Below, piece after piece: positions 44,613 to 54,307 of a stretch of DNA of 64,000 bases. Location: the IMG/VR virus record IMGVR_UViG_3300037422_000298, one strand, 5' to 3'. The notes under the pieces were generated by a model. The model was not told the DNA's origin. It saw nothing but the letters and a program-made list of their open reading frames with translations, and ran no database searches. Origin of the DNA: a virus (lineage: Duplodnaviria > Caudoviricetes). The number at the start of each line of letters is the position of its first letter. The stretch's first letter is position 1. A program made the translations under genes and the position numbers.

Positions 44613-45220
44613 CACTGACGTCGCCCACTGGAAGCGACATCGAGGTTAGCGATATCAGCCACCGGTTGATGAACGTTCCCCTCGGGACGACACTACGCGT
44701 GCCCGATCGCCACGAGTGGTACATCACGGGCGTTGCTATTATGCCGACGCGCGGATACACGCCGCCGCTCGGCGCTGGTGAAACACGCGATGCACGCGCG
44801 TGGGGCGACTTGCAGATCCGCGTGAACGATCAGCCCGACGCGCATTTTCGCGCCAACGTTCTGACGTTGATCGATCGGTACTGGGGGCGTTTCAACCTGA
44901 ACCCGTCGCTGCCAGAGTTGGTCGCGAAGCTGACCGAAGCACAGCAGGTGATGTTTACCGCACCGAAGCTCTCCGAGTTGTACACGCTGATGGACCATCT
45001 CGTGATCAAGCACATGGAGTACATCGACGCCGCGGCACCGCGACTCGATAAGCCAGTAGTGCTGCAGGGCGGCGTGCAGTGCATGATCGAGCACGTTCCA
45101 TCCGACGGTCCAGCGGTCGCTGAGGTCATGACCGATACACAGCTCGGAAATTTCGACATCAAGATCCTACGCGCTCTCGACGTCGAGCTGTCGGTGATCG
45201 TCAAGAGGCCTGTCTCGTGA
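44609..45220 (+). CDS. Hypothetical protein
   Basis: GTGA-coupled on both sides. Confidence 0.6.
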   Translation: MTLTSPTGSDIEVSDISHRLMNVPLGTTLRVPDRHEWYITGVAIMPTRGYTPPLGAGETRDARAWGDLQIRVNDQPDAHFRANVLTLIDRYWGRFNLNPSLPELVAKLTEAQQVMFTAPKLSELYTLMDHLVIKHMEYIDAAAPRLDKPVVLQGGVQCMIEHVPSDGPAVAEVMTDTQLGNFDIKILRALDVELSVIVKRPVS

Positions 45221-47841
45221 CCCTAACCGTCGCTGATATGCCCGCGCTCGATCGCGAGATCGCGGAGGACGCGCCCAAAACGATTCGAGGCAATGCGCAC
45301 GGCGCGGACTGTGCGAACTGTCCATTCGGTCGACTGGGTCGACCGAACCAGCCCGTGTTCGGCGAAGGATGGGAACGCCCCAACTGGATCGTCGTCGGTG
45401 AGGGTCCGGGGCAGAACGAGGTGATCCAACAACGTCCGTTCGTCGGCAGCTCAGGACGTCTCGTCAACGAAGCGCTCTCGAAACTCGGCGTCGCCCGCGA
45501 GTCGCTGTTCGTCACGAACAGCATGCTCTGTCAGCCGCCGCACGGCACAACCGATCACGTCAAGAAGCTCGCACGTCAGGCGTGCGGCCCACGGCTGAAA
45601 CAGGAGCTAGCTAAATTTCCCGGCGTCCCCGTTCTCGCACTCGGCGCCCACGCAGCACAGCAGCTCACGGGCAACGAGAAGTTCTCGATCACGCAGATGG
45701 CGGGCGCGTACTACGAGGTCGACGTCGACGACAGCGGTACCAAGCGCTCCGTGATCCCGAGTATTCACCCCGCAGCCATTCTCCGTGGCGGTTCCGGTGG
45801 CGGTGGTGGCGGTAGCCATACCGTGGATCTCGCGTTCTGGAATCTGCTCTACGACGCACAGAAGGTGAATCTTCTCTCGCAAGGGCGCGACATCAAGTTC
45901 ACCGACGATATCGACGTTGAACAGGAGAGCGTCGATCGTGCTCGGCAGCTGATCGCCGACTTCGTTGCCGACGCCCGTTGTTTGAAGCGGTTCGCGTGTG
46001 ACACCGAAACGTACGTTCCGAATCCCAAAGCGCAAACAGCACTGTCGCCCGTGAACGCGCATATGTCGGCGCTCGGGCTCGCGACCGTCGAACGCGCGGT
46101 CAGCATCGCGTGGGACTTGTGTATCCCCGACGTTATCGCACCGCTCGATGCACTGTTTGCCGACCCCGAGATCGTCAAGGTGTTTCACAACCGGATCTAC
46201 GACGTACCCGTGCTCGAACGGCACGGCTTCGTGATCAATGGCGAGATCCACTGCACGATGCTCATGCATCACAACGCATTTCCGGGTCTTGCTCACAACC
46301 TGCAGCGCGTGCTGACGCAGTTCTTCGCTGCGCCGCCGTGGAAAGCCGAATACCGCCACGGTCAGGGCACGCTGACCGAGCTACTGCCGTACAACGCGCG
46401 CGACACACTCGCGACCGCGCGGATCGAGGAGCCGATCCACAAGGTCATGATCAACACGCGCGCCGACCAGACGTACAAGGTCGATCTGGCGATGGCGCAC
46501 GCGGCCAGCGTGATGCACGTGAAGGGCGTCCCGATCGACCGCGAGATCAACGAACAGCTCCGCGTCGGCTTCCGTACGAACATCGACAAGGCGCGGCAGG
46601 AACTCGACGACAAGATCCGCGACCCCGGCATCTTCGCGCGATTCAAGGAGCGTCTCGCGTTCGAACAGGCCCGACGTACGCGCAAGCACGACCCGGTCGA
46701 TCCCGACGAGCGTATCTCTGCACGATTGAGTGAGATCGAATCCAAGAGTCACTTCAACTTCATGGTCGACTCCGGCGATCACATCGTCGCGTTCCTGAAG
46801 GCGTGTGGCGTCCCGTTGAGCCTTCAGACGCCGAGTGGACGCATCTCGACGAAGAAAGATGTTCTCGAAGCGTTCGTCGACTATCCCGAAATCCGTGCGC
46901 TGCTTTCGTACCGCGAGAACGCCAAGCTGCTCAGCACCTTCTGCGAGCGCATGTTCACGCGTCAGATCGGCAATCGGATCTACTTCGGATTCGCCGACGA
47001 GAACGGCCGCGTCCATCCGCGCTGGAGTGTTCACGCGATCACCGGACGCTGGCGTTCTGAGGGTCCTCAAGCGCAGAACTGGCCCAAAGCTGACAAGAAG
47101 AAGGGACGCCCCAACCTCCGCAGTCAAGTTGTCGCGCCCTACGGGCGTGCCTTCGTGGCGTTCGACGCGAAGCAGCTCGAAGCGCGTCTCATCGCGCTCA
47201 TGTCGGGCGACCCGTTCCTGCTCGACATCTTCTACAACGACCGCGACATCCACACCGAGTTTGCGAAGATCGTCTGGCCAGAGTGGGACACCGTTCCCGT
47301 CGACGAGCGCAAGGTCCGTCGCGACCTGATCAAGCGTCCTGAATACGGCGCGTTCTACGCAGGCTCGATCGAGACGCTGTGGAAGTCCGTCGTGCGCGAC
47401 TACCCGAGCGTCACGATCGGCATGATCGGCAAGATGGTGCAGGTGATGAAGACCCGGATGCCGGGCGTCACCGCGTGGCACCAGAACATGATGCGGACGG
47501 CGGATCAGCAAGGCGAGATCCGCAGCATGATTCTCGGCCGTCGGCGCTGCTTCCCGATCAAGCAGTTTGACCTGTCCGAGGTCGTCAATTTCCCGATTCA
47601 GTCGTCGGGTGCCGACCTGATCAACCTCGGGCTCATGGAGATCATGCTGCTACTGCCCGAGGACGCCTTCCCGATTCTTCAGATCCATGACGCCGTCGTC
47701 TTCGAATGCGACGAGGACGATCAGGATCTCATGAAGCAGCTCGTCGTGAAGAGCTTCACGCGAGACGTCACGTACAACGGCCACACGATGCACTTCCCGG
47801 TCGACGCCAAGTCGGGCAAATCGTGGGCGGAAGTCAACTAG
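45217..47841 (+). CDS. polA: Family A DNA polymerase with N-terminal family-4 uracil-DNA glycosylase and 3'-5' exonuclease domains
   Basis: CANCP, VGEGPG..E..PFVG, HPAAILR (UDG); DTET, HNRIYD, YNARD (exo); DAKQLEAR, KRPEYG..Y, QIHDA (pol). Confidence 0.92.
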   Translation: MTLTVADMPALDREIAEDAPKTIRGNAHGADCANCPFGRLGRPNQPVFGEGWERPNWIVVGEGPGQNEVIQQRPFVGSSGRLVNEALSKLGVARESLFVTNSMLCQPPHGTTDHVKKLARQACGPRLKQELAKFPGVPVLALGAHAAQQLTGNEKFSITQMAGAYYEVDVDDSGTKRSVIPSIHPAAILRGGSGGGGGGSHTVDLAFWNLLYDAQKVNLLSQGRDIKFTDDIDVEQESVDRARQLIADFVADARCLKRFACDTETYVPNPKAQTALSPVNAHMSALGLATVERAVSIAWDLCIPDVIAPLDALFADPEIVKVFHNRIYDVPVLERHGFVINGEIHCTMLMHHNAFPGLAHNLQRVLTQFFAAPPWKAEYRHGQGTLTELLPYNARDTLATARIEEPIHKVMINTRADQTYKVDLAMAHAASVMHVKGVPIDREINEQLRVGFRTNIDKARQELDDKIRDPGIFARFKERLAFEQARRTRKHDPVDPDERISARLSEIESKSHFNFMVDSGDHIVAFLKACGVPLSLQTPSGRISTKKDVLEAFVDYPEIRALLSYRENAKLLSTFCERMFTRQIGNRIYFGFADENGRVHPRWSVHAITGRWRSEGPQAQNWPKADKKKGRPNLRSQVVAPYGRAFVAFDAKQLEARLIALMSGDPFLLDIFYNDRDIHTEFAKIVWPEWDTVPVDERKVRRDLIKRPEYGAFYAGSIETLWKSVVRDYPSVTIGMIGKMVQVMKTRMPGVTAWHQNMMRTADQQGEIRSMILGRRRCFPIKQFDLSEVVNFPIQSSGADLINLGLMEIMLLLPEDAFPILQIHDAVVFECDEDDQDLMKQLVVKSFTRDVTYNGHTMHFPVDAKSGKSWAEVN

Positions 47842-47850
47842 GGGGACACG

Positions 47851-49929
47851 ATGAAGAGCGACTACATCAACGACATGTTCGACGATCACACGGGCGCGCT
47901 CGCGACGGTGATTCCCGGCTACGCCCAGCGCGATGGTCAAGTGCAGCTTGCACGTGCCGTCGACGACGCGATCGAGGAGCGGCTCGTCTTGCTCGGCGAG
48001 GCGCCAACCGGAACCGGCAAGACGATGGCGTACCTCGTACCGGCGATCCGTCACGCGGTTCGCGACGGACGAAACGTCCTCGTCGTAACGGCCAACAAGG
48101 CGTTGCAGGAGCAGCTGATCGAGAAAGATCTGCCGCTGCTCACCAAGGCCTTTCAAGTCAAGGAAGGCCTCTCGTTCAGCTACGCGCTCCTCAAGGGCCG
48201 CGCGAACTATCTCTGTCGGCGCGAACTCGACATGTTCGACGCAGGCGCGCCTGTTCCCGGACTCGGTCTCGACGAGCTGAACGAAGCACAAGCGCTCAGC
48301 GCATGGGCCGTCACGACATTCACGGGTGACCAGTCGGACGCACCTGCGGCCGTCTCACAGAAAACGTGGAACGCGTTCTCGGTTTCCGGCGAGCGGTGTG
48401 GACGGCGCGCGTGTCCGTACTTCGAGTCGTGCTTCGCCGAGCGTGCGCTCGACGAAGCAACCGGCGCGCATGTCGTGGTGGTCAACTACGACTTGTTCTT
48501 CTCGAAGCTGATCCACGCCAACGAACCCATGTGGACCAAGTTCGGCACGATCATCTTCGACGAAGCGCACGAAGCGGCCAACGTTGCGCGTCGTTGCTTC
48601 GGCCGCGAGCTGGGACTGACACACTTCAACCAACTCGCGAGCGACTTCTCGAAGTACATCGGCGATTCAGGGCTCGCCAAGGCTCTGCGCGGTGTCGCCG
48701 CGGCTTTCTTCGAGGACGTCGCGCGATACGCCCTCAACATGGAGACGCCTCGCGTCTGTGAACACGACTGCGTCGCGACGATCGAAATCGTCGACGTGCT
48801 CGACGACGTTGCCCGCGCCGCGAAGGGCTTGTGCGGCTGCGGTACACCCGCGCTCTGCGGCACGTGCACCATGCGCGTTCGCATCAACGAGCGCGCGACG
48901 ACCTTCATCGAACAGATCAAGGAATTCTCGGGACAGCTCAACGACGCGACGGCGTACTGGATCGACAAGCCCGCCGATGACAATCGTGTGACGCCTGCAA
49001 CCGTTCGCCTGCGCGCGGTGCCGTATCGCGTCGGTCAGCATCTCTCGGAGCGCGTGTTCCTGCGTTACCCGGCAGTCATCTGTGTTTCTGCCACGCTGAC
49101 TTCGGGCGGCTCGTTCGATTTCATCCGCGACGAGCTTGGTCTCGTCCATCAACCGATCGCTCCGGCGCTCCCTGTCGACGGCGACTTCGAACAGATCGAA
49201 GGCGCCAAGACGAGCAGCTGGAAGTTCGGCCTGCACGGTGCCAAGACCAACACGCACGACACGAACGTCCTCGGACTTCGCGTGCCGAGCCCGTTCGACT
49301 TCGCCAAGCAGGCCAAGTTCATCGTGCCACTCGGCATCCCGTTCCCGATCCCTGAGAACGACGCGATCTACAACCAAGCCGCCGCCAACGCACTCAAGAC
49401 GCTGATCCACGACTGTCGTGGACGGACACTCGCGCTGTTCACCTCGTGGCGCCGTCTCAAGTACGTCGCCGAACAGCTTGCAGGCAAGATCGACTACCCG
49501 CTGCTTGTACAGGGCGACGCGCCGAACAAACTGCTCGCGCAAATGTTCCGCGAGCAGACCGACTCGGTGCTGCTCGCGACGAAGAGCTTCTGGGTCGGTC
49601 TCGATGTCCAAGGCGAATCACTGTCGTGCCTCGTGATCGACAAGCTCCCGTTGGAATCGTTCGGCGATCCGCTGATCGACATGATGAAGCAGCGCCACCC
49701 GGAGACGTTCTGGGACGACTTCTACTTCCCGCGCGCCGCCATCGAGCTGGCGCAGGGCGCCGGACGCCTGATCCGGAGTACGCACGACCGGGGCGTGTTC
49801 GTTCTGCTTGACGCGCGAATCCTCGCCAAGGCATACGGCGGCATGATGCGTCGATCGTTGCCTTTCGTCGGCTTCTCGAAGAGCCTCGCCGACGCAGGCA
49901 AGTTCCTCGCAGCAGGAGGCGCGCGGTGA
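47851..49929 (+). CDS. DinG/YoaA-family helicase
   Basis: EAPTGTGKT; KGRANYLC; DEAH; SATL; QGAGRLIRS. Confidence 0.92.
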   Translation: MKSDYINDMFDDHTGALATVIPGYAQRDGQVQLARAVDDAIEERLVLLGEAPTGTGKTMAYLVPAIRHAVRDGRNVLVVTANKALQEQLIEKDLPLLTKAFQVKEGLSFSYALLKGRANYLCRRELDMFDAGAPVPGLGLDELNEAQALSAWAVTTFTGDQSDAPAAVSQKTWNAFSVSGERCGRRACPYFESCFAERALDEATGAHVVVVNYDLFFSKLIHANEPMWTKFGTIIFDEAHEAANVARRCFGRELGLTHFNQLASDFSKYIGDSGLAKALRGVAAAFFEDVARYALNMETPRVCEHDCVATIEIVDVLDDVARAAKGLCGCGTPALCGTCTMRVRINERATTFIEQIKEFSGQLNDATAYWIDKPADDNRVTPATVRLRAVPYRVGQHLSERVFLRYPAVICVSATLTSGGSFDFIRDELGLVHQPIAPALPVDGDFEQIEGAKTSSWKFGLHGAKTNTHDTNVLGLRVPSPFDFAKQAKFIVPLGIPFPIPENDAIYNQAAANALKTLIHDCRGRTLALFTSWRRLKYVAEQLAGKIDYPLLVQGDAPNKLLAQMFREQTDSVLLATKSFWVGLDVQGESLSCLVIDKLPLESFGDPLIDMMKQRHPETFWDDFYFPRAAIELAQGAGRLIRSTHDRGVFVLLDARILAKAYGGMMRRSLPFVGFSKSLADAGKFLAAGGAR

Positions 49930-50525
49930 TCCGACTCGGCCCGTACGAAGGTCGACTGACGGACGCTGAGGGTCGCGAAGCGTGGCGCTTCACGAATTAC
50001 ATGAAGCGTAAGCCGAACGTCGCCGCGTACGAGGCGCGCCGTGTCGTGCCGTTCAGTGGCATTGCACGCGATCGGACGCGTGCACGCGCCAAGATGTCGG
50101 AGATCTTCATCCGGGAGCTATTCGGCGTTCCAATCGACATGGAGATCCACGACCGGGACGATTGCGGTGTCGACACGATCTGGAACGGCTACTGGGTGCA
50201 GATCAAGCGCTTTGGTACGCAGACCATGAAGCGCGGTAACGTTTGTTTCGTGATGGAGACCAACGATCCGTACGCGGGCAAGCCGCCATGGGACTTGGGC
50301 TTCGTCGTCGAAGATGACGCGCGCGATCCTCGCATCTGGCGCCTGGCGGGCTTCGTCACGCGAAAGAAGTGGCTGCTCGAAAGCCGCCTTCTCGAACATC
50401 TGCCAGTACCTTGTTGGGGCGTCACGAAGCCCTACCCACCAGCATTGCTGGACATCATCAAACTGCCGTACGGACGTCCGCGTAATCCCCCGCGGCCATG
50501 GCCACCGACGCGCGACAACATCTAG
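49926..50525 (+). CDS. Hypothetical protein (possible nuclease fold)
   Basis: D.GVD...VQIK pattern. Confidence 0.55.
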   Translation: MIRLGPYEGRLTDAEGREAWRFTNYMKRKPNVAAYEARRVVPFSGIARDRTRARAKMSEIFIRELFGVPIDMEIHDRDDCGVDTIWNGYWVQIKRFGTQTMKRGNVCFVMETNDPYAGKPPWDLGFVVEDDARDPRIWRLAGFVTRKKWLLESRLLEHLPVPCWGVTKPYPPALLDIIKLPYGRPRNPPRPWPPTRDNI

Positions 50526-50533
50526 AGGAATTC

Positions 50534-51154
50534 ATGAGAGGCAAGTACGTTCTATTCGAAGGTCCCGACGGTTCTGGCAAGAGCACGCTCGCCGAAGCGT
50601 TCGGCACCGCGCTTCAGCACGCACGGCAGAGCGTACGGCGCTTGGCGTTCCCGAGCCACGAGTCGGCTGTCGGTCGACTGATCCGCGACACGTTCGAGGG
50701 TCGTGCCACGGTCAACCCAGAAGCGATGATGTGGCTGTTCGCAGCCGAGGGCAAAGATCTCGAACCGCAAATCCGGCGACACGTGTCTGAGGGCGACTGG
50801 ATCGTCTGCGATCGTCACTTCATGGCTTCTGGGCTTGTCTACCAAGGCGAAGTCCACGGTCCAGATCGCGTCGCGGCCGTCACGCAGCCTGCGAACTTCA
50901 TCGTTCCCGATCGGATCTACCTCGTCGACGTTCCGGCCAAGGTAGCGATGGAGCGTCGAATGGCGCGGGGCGGATCGCGCAACGTCCTCTACGAACCCGA
51001 GAAGCTCGAACGACTCGACGCGATGTGCAAGGCGTATCGCGCACTGTGCGAACGGTTCCCCTCCAGCGTGATCCTCGACGGCACCAGGCCGATCATCGAG
51101 AACGTGAAGTGGATCTGGAGCAATCTCGGCCTAGAAGGTGCGCCGCCGTCGTGA
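50534..51154 (+). CDS. tmk: Thymidylate kinase
   Basis: FEGPDGSGKST; FP; CDRHFMASGLVYQG; PD. Confidence 0.9.
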   Translation: MRGKYVLFEGPDGSGKSTLAEAFGTALQHARQSVRRLAFPSHESAVGRLIRDTFEGRATVNPEAMMWLFAAEGKDLEPQIRRHVSEGDWIVCDRHFMASGLVYQGEVHGPDRVAAVTQPANFIVPDRIYLVDVPAKVAMERRMARGGSRNVLYEPEKLERLDAMCKAYRALCERFPSSVILDGTRPIIENVKWIWSNLGLEGAPPS

Positions 51155-51420
51155 GCGATCTCGTCGAGCAGGCGCACGCCGAACAGCTCATGGCCGCGTT
51201 CGCGGTGGTGCTCACGCATCCCGCTGGCTTTGGCATCGAGCTATTTGCCGATCTATGGATCGACCGTCTCGAAGACGGTCGGTTCCGTGTTGCGCGCTAC
51301 GACACCGCAGGGAAGTCCACGCACGAGGAGCTGTTCGACGATGTTCGGTCTGCGGTTGGGTACTACCTCGATCTGCGCGACAACTTGAAGCTGGGCGCCG
51401 ATTACGAGGTCGTCGTATGA
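51151..51420 (+). CDS. Hypothetical protein
   Basis: GTGA-coupled. Confidence 0.55.
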   Translation: MSDLVEQAHAEQLMAAFAVVLTHPAGFGIELFADLWIDRLEDGRFRVARYDTAGKSTHEELFDDVRSAVGYYLDLRDNLKLGADYEVVV

Positions 51421-51584
51421 AGCTCAGCCGTGTGACACGCGATCGATTGTTGCGGGAGCTACTCGTACGGAGCGCTGCTCCGCGCGAGCCGCGCGAACAA
51501 CGTGACCGTGTGTCATCGGTTCTTACCGCAGCAGCGAGCTTGCTGCTGACGATCCTCGCGCTGTATCTGTTCGCGAGGCTCTAG
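51417..51584 (+). CDS. Small membrane protein
   Basis: C-terminal hydrophobic helix. Confidence 0.45.
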   Translation: MKLSRVTRDRLLRELLVRSAAPREPREQRDRVSSVLTAAASLLLTILALYLFARL

Positions 51585-51591
51585 GGGGATT

Positions 51592-52569
51592 ATGGAGATC
51601 ACAGAAGATCAACTGGTTGATGTGATGCTGCCTGCACATGCTGAGACAGAAAAACGGCACAGCGATCAGGTTGTTATGTCGAAGGAAGTCATCGTTCCAT
51701 CGCAGCTGAACGTGCCGAGTACGGCACCACTGCTTCCACCGCGCGCAGGCTGCACGCCTCCGCTCAAGTGGGTCGGCAGCAAGCGTTGGCTCGTGCCGAT
51801 GCTCGCACCGGCCATCTATGAACGCCTCGCCGTCACGCGCGGACGCTACATCGAACCGTTTCTCGGCGGTGGCGCGATCGCGCTCGATCTCGGGTTGCCC
51901 GGTATGATCCTCGGCGACACCTGCAAGCCGTTGATCACGACGTACCAGGCGATTCGGAAGAGCCCCGCGGCCGTGGCATGGGCGCTCAAGGCGCTCGTCG
52001 ACAAGGGCACCGACAAGGAAAGCTACCTGCGCGTGCGCGCGTCCGAGTCATCGAGCCCCGTACTCGCGGCTGCACGGTTTCTCTACCTGAACCGGTTCGG
52101 GTTCAACGGTCTCTATCGCGAGAACAGTAAGGGCAAGTTCAACGTCCCTCACGGCGGCGATCGCTCGAATGCGAGCGTGCCCGGCGTCGAGATGCTCGAA
52201 GCCGTTGCGCAAGCGCTCAAGGGCGCTGACCTGCGTGTCGCCGACTTTCGTGAAACGATCGCGAAGGCTACACAGGGCGACGTTGTCTACGCCGACTCGC
52301 CGTACTACGAGACATTCAGCGACTACACCGCCGGGGGCTTCGGTGAAGACGAACACTTCGCGCTCGCAACGGCGCTATTTGACGCCTGCGAACGCGGCGC
52401 CGTCGTGATCGCATCCAACAGCGACCACGAGCGCATCCGTGAGTTCTACGCATGGGCTTTTGTCACGCCGGTTCATGAACGACACGCCGTGGGCGCAACG
52501 GCGGAGCGGCGCGGACTCCGCGACGCCGTCTTGATCGTCTCTGACGAAACCATTCTACGAGGAGCGTGA
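51592..52569 (+). CDS. Dam-like (D12 class) N6-adenine DNA methyltransferase
   Basis: PLKWVGSK; YIEPFLGGGA; FLYLNRFGFNGLYRENSKGKFNVP; motif IV reads DSPY. Confidence 0.85.
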   Translation: MEITEDQLVDVMLPAHAETEKRHSDQVVMSKEVIVPSQLNVPSTAPLLPPRAGCTPPLKWVGSKRWLVPMLAPAIYERLAVTRGRYIEPFLGGGAIALDLGLPGMILGDTCKPLITTYQAIRKSPAAVAWALKALVDKGTDKESYLRVRASESSSPVLAAARFLYLNRFGFNGLYRENSKGKFNVPHGGDRSNASVPGVEMLEAVAQALKGADLRVADFRETIAKATQGDVVYADSPYYETFSDYTAGGFGEDEHFALATALFDACERGAVVIASNSDHERIREFYAWAFVTPVHERHAVGATAERRGLRDAVLIVSDETILRGA

Positions 52570-52570
52570 G

Positions 52571-52840
52571 ATGCCGGTTCGCACGGTTTATCCCGACGGT
52601 CATGTCTTTAGAGACGGCATGACGTTTCAAAATGTCCGCGACGCAATCGTCGCGGCGGGCAAAGCGAACATGTGGCACATCGCGCACGAGATGGCGCAAC
52701 GCTACCGTGTGCAAGACATGATCTGCCTCAAGTGCGGCGTACCGAACTTGGTCTCGTCGCAGCACACCTACTTCACGTATCGCGACAAGGCGATTCGCAT
52801 CTGTCTCAAGTGCAACGGTGGCAACATCACGCTGCGCTAG
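52571..52840 (+). CDS. Paralog family C Zn-binding protein
   Basis: VRDAIVAA..EMAQRY..ICLKC..ICLKC. Confidence 0.65.
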   Translation: MPVRTVYPDGHVFRDGMTFQNVRDAIVAAGKANMWHIAHEMAQRYRVQDMICLKCGVPNLVSSQHTYFTYRDKAIRICLKCNGGNITLR

Positions 52841-53547
52841 CGACGCCGATCCTGACGAAGCCACCAGAAGCTCGTGATGCTATCGAGCGACGCCGGATTG
52901 AGTTGCCCGCGCGACGCCGCTTGGCGTGTTCCGTCTTCAGACAGTCCAAACAGATCGGACAGCTCGCGGTAACCATACGACCATCGATTTCGTCGCGACG
53001 ATCGAACGTGAACGTCGGCAGGGATCACTAGGTTGTCTGGGTGGTTGTTCCACGAGTTGCGATCGATGTGCTCGACCGCGCCTGAACCGATAACGCCGAA
53101 CACCACGCAGCAGATCGGCGTGTACTCGCGTCCGGTCCAGACCATGAAGTGATCGCCGTTGATCTTCGCGAACGGCTGCAGCGGACCGCCGTGCTGATCG
53201 CAGAGACTCGGTTCGAGGAGCGCCGTCTCGCAGCCTGGGAAACCGCACCGATAGAGATCGAAGCGTGGCCATCGTTCACGCCACTCCTTCAACGTCGCTT
53301 CGCCGCGAAGCGCCTGTACGACTTCCTCGTCGGTCAGCTTCATCGACCGTCGTGTGAGTGCTTCGACAACATAGAGCGCGGCCGTTCGTGCGTCGGTCGT
53401 CGTGCGAAGTTTCTTGCGCGTTGTCGACGGTGCTTCGTCAGCCGCGGCGGCGAGATCATCGAACGTGAAAAGTCGACAAGGTCCGCGTTCGCGATGCCGT
53501 TGTCCGAACGTCTTTCGCGGATTCTCGTTGGGTTTGAGAGTTGGCAT
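52837..53547 (-). CDS. HTH - Zn-finger - HNH-like - HTH protein; candidate regulator
   Basis: FTFDDLAAAADEAPSTTRK; CGFPGC..LCDQH; VEHIDRNSWNNHPDNL; YGYRELSDLFGLS. Confidence 0.65.
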   Translation of the reverse strand: MPTLKPNENPRKTFGQRHRERGPCRLFTFDDLAAAADEAPSTTRKKLRTTTDARTAALYVVEALTRRSMKLTDEEVVQALRGEATLKEWRERWPRFDLYRCGFPGCETALLEPSLCDQHGGPLQPFAKINGDHFMVWTGREYTPICCVVFGVIGSGAVEHIDRNSWNNHPDNLVIPADVHVRSSRRNRWSYGYRELSDLFGLSEDGTRQAASRGQLNPASLDSITSFWWLRQDRRR

Positions 53548-53607
53548 CGCGTGTCGGTCGCGAGTGTACTTCAAACGTGACCGGGCGCGACGTGAAAGCA
53601 TGACGTC

Positions 53608-53653
53608 GATCGCGCCAGCGATCATCTTGACGACGTGGATCGCTCATGGGATC
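53608..53653. promoter_or_regulatory. Tandem palindromes: perfect copy 53608-53623 and 1-mismatch copy 53638-53653
   Basis: GATCGCGCCAGCGATC and GATCGCTCATGGGATC between divergent genes. Confidence 0.7.
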
Positions 53654-53723
53654 GTCTTTACGTCACACCCGATAGAAGGCCGTCGCCGACTTGAGGGACA
53701 ACCCGCAACAAGAGGAAATGATC

Positions 53724-53921
53724 ATGATCGCAGCAAACCTGGGTGACGGTCTCGGCCGTCGTCGTCGTCGCCGTCGCTCTCGCGGCATGGGCGCGCTCCC
53801 CACCCTCGTCGGCCGTCGCCGCCGGGGCAAGGGCAAGCGCCGCGGTCGCAAGATCTGCATCCGCACGGCCGCGGGCAACAAGGTCTGCGGCACCCGGTGG
53901 CGCCGCCGTCGCCGGAAGTAG
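53724..53921 (+). CDS. Protamine-like Arg-rich putative core protein
   Basis: MIAANLGDGLGRRRRRRRSRGMG..LVGRRRRG..WRRRRRK; SD AGAGGA; own terminator. Confidence 0.75.
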   Translation: MIAANLGDGLGRRRRRRRSRGMGALPTLVGRRRRGKGKRRGRKICIRTAAGNKVCGTRWRRRRRK

Positions 53922-53949
53922 GCCCAGCGTTCCGGCGCTAGCCTGAGAG

Positions 53950-53985
53950 AGGGCCGCGTGCGATACGTCGTACGCGGCCCTTTTT
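53950..53985 (+). terminator. Intrinsic terminator
   Basis: AGGGCCGCGTGCGA-TACG-TCGTACGCGGCCCT followed by TTTT. Confidence 0.85.
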
Positions 53986-54016
53986 CGTCGATCCACCTTC
54001 CCGCGCGGGAGATCTG

Positions 54017-54307
54017 ATGCCCACCAAGAAAGTGTCCGCAGCCGACCGGCGACACGCCGACTTCATGATCAAGACGCTCGCGCCTGATTTGAAGGCGAGC
54101 GGGCGCACGCACACCGCCAAGGATGTCGCACGCTGCGGGCGCCTCATGAAGTCGGGTGGCCGCGATCGCGGCTACGCCAACTGGCTCAAGCGCACGTTGA
54201 TCCCAGATCTGCGGGCTTCGGGACAGAAGTACACCGCGAACGATCTCGCACGCTGCGCGCGTACGATCTCGAATCAGCGCAAGCGCCGGAAGCGAAGGGC
54301 GCGCTAA
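54017..54307 (+). CDS. Basic protein with internal duplication and Arg tail
   Basis: TL.PDL.ASG...TA.D.ARC.R occurs twice. Confidence 0.7.
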   Translation: MPTKKVSAADRRHADFMIKTLAPDLKASGRTHTAKDVARCGRLMKSGGRDRGYANWLKRTLIPDLRASGQKYTANDLARCARTISNQRKRRKRRAR

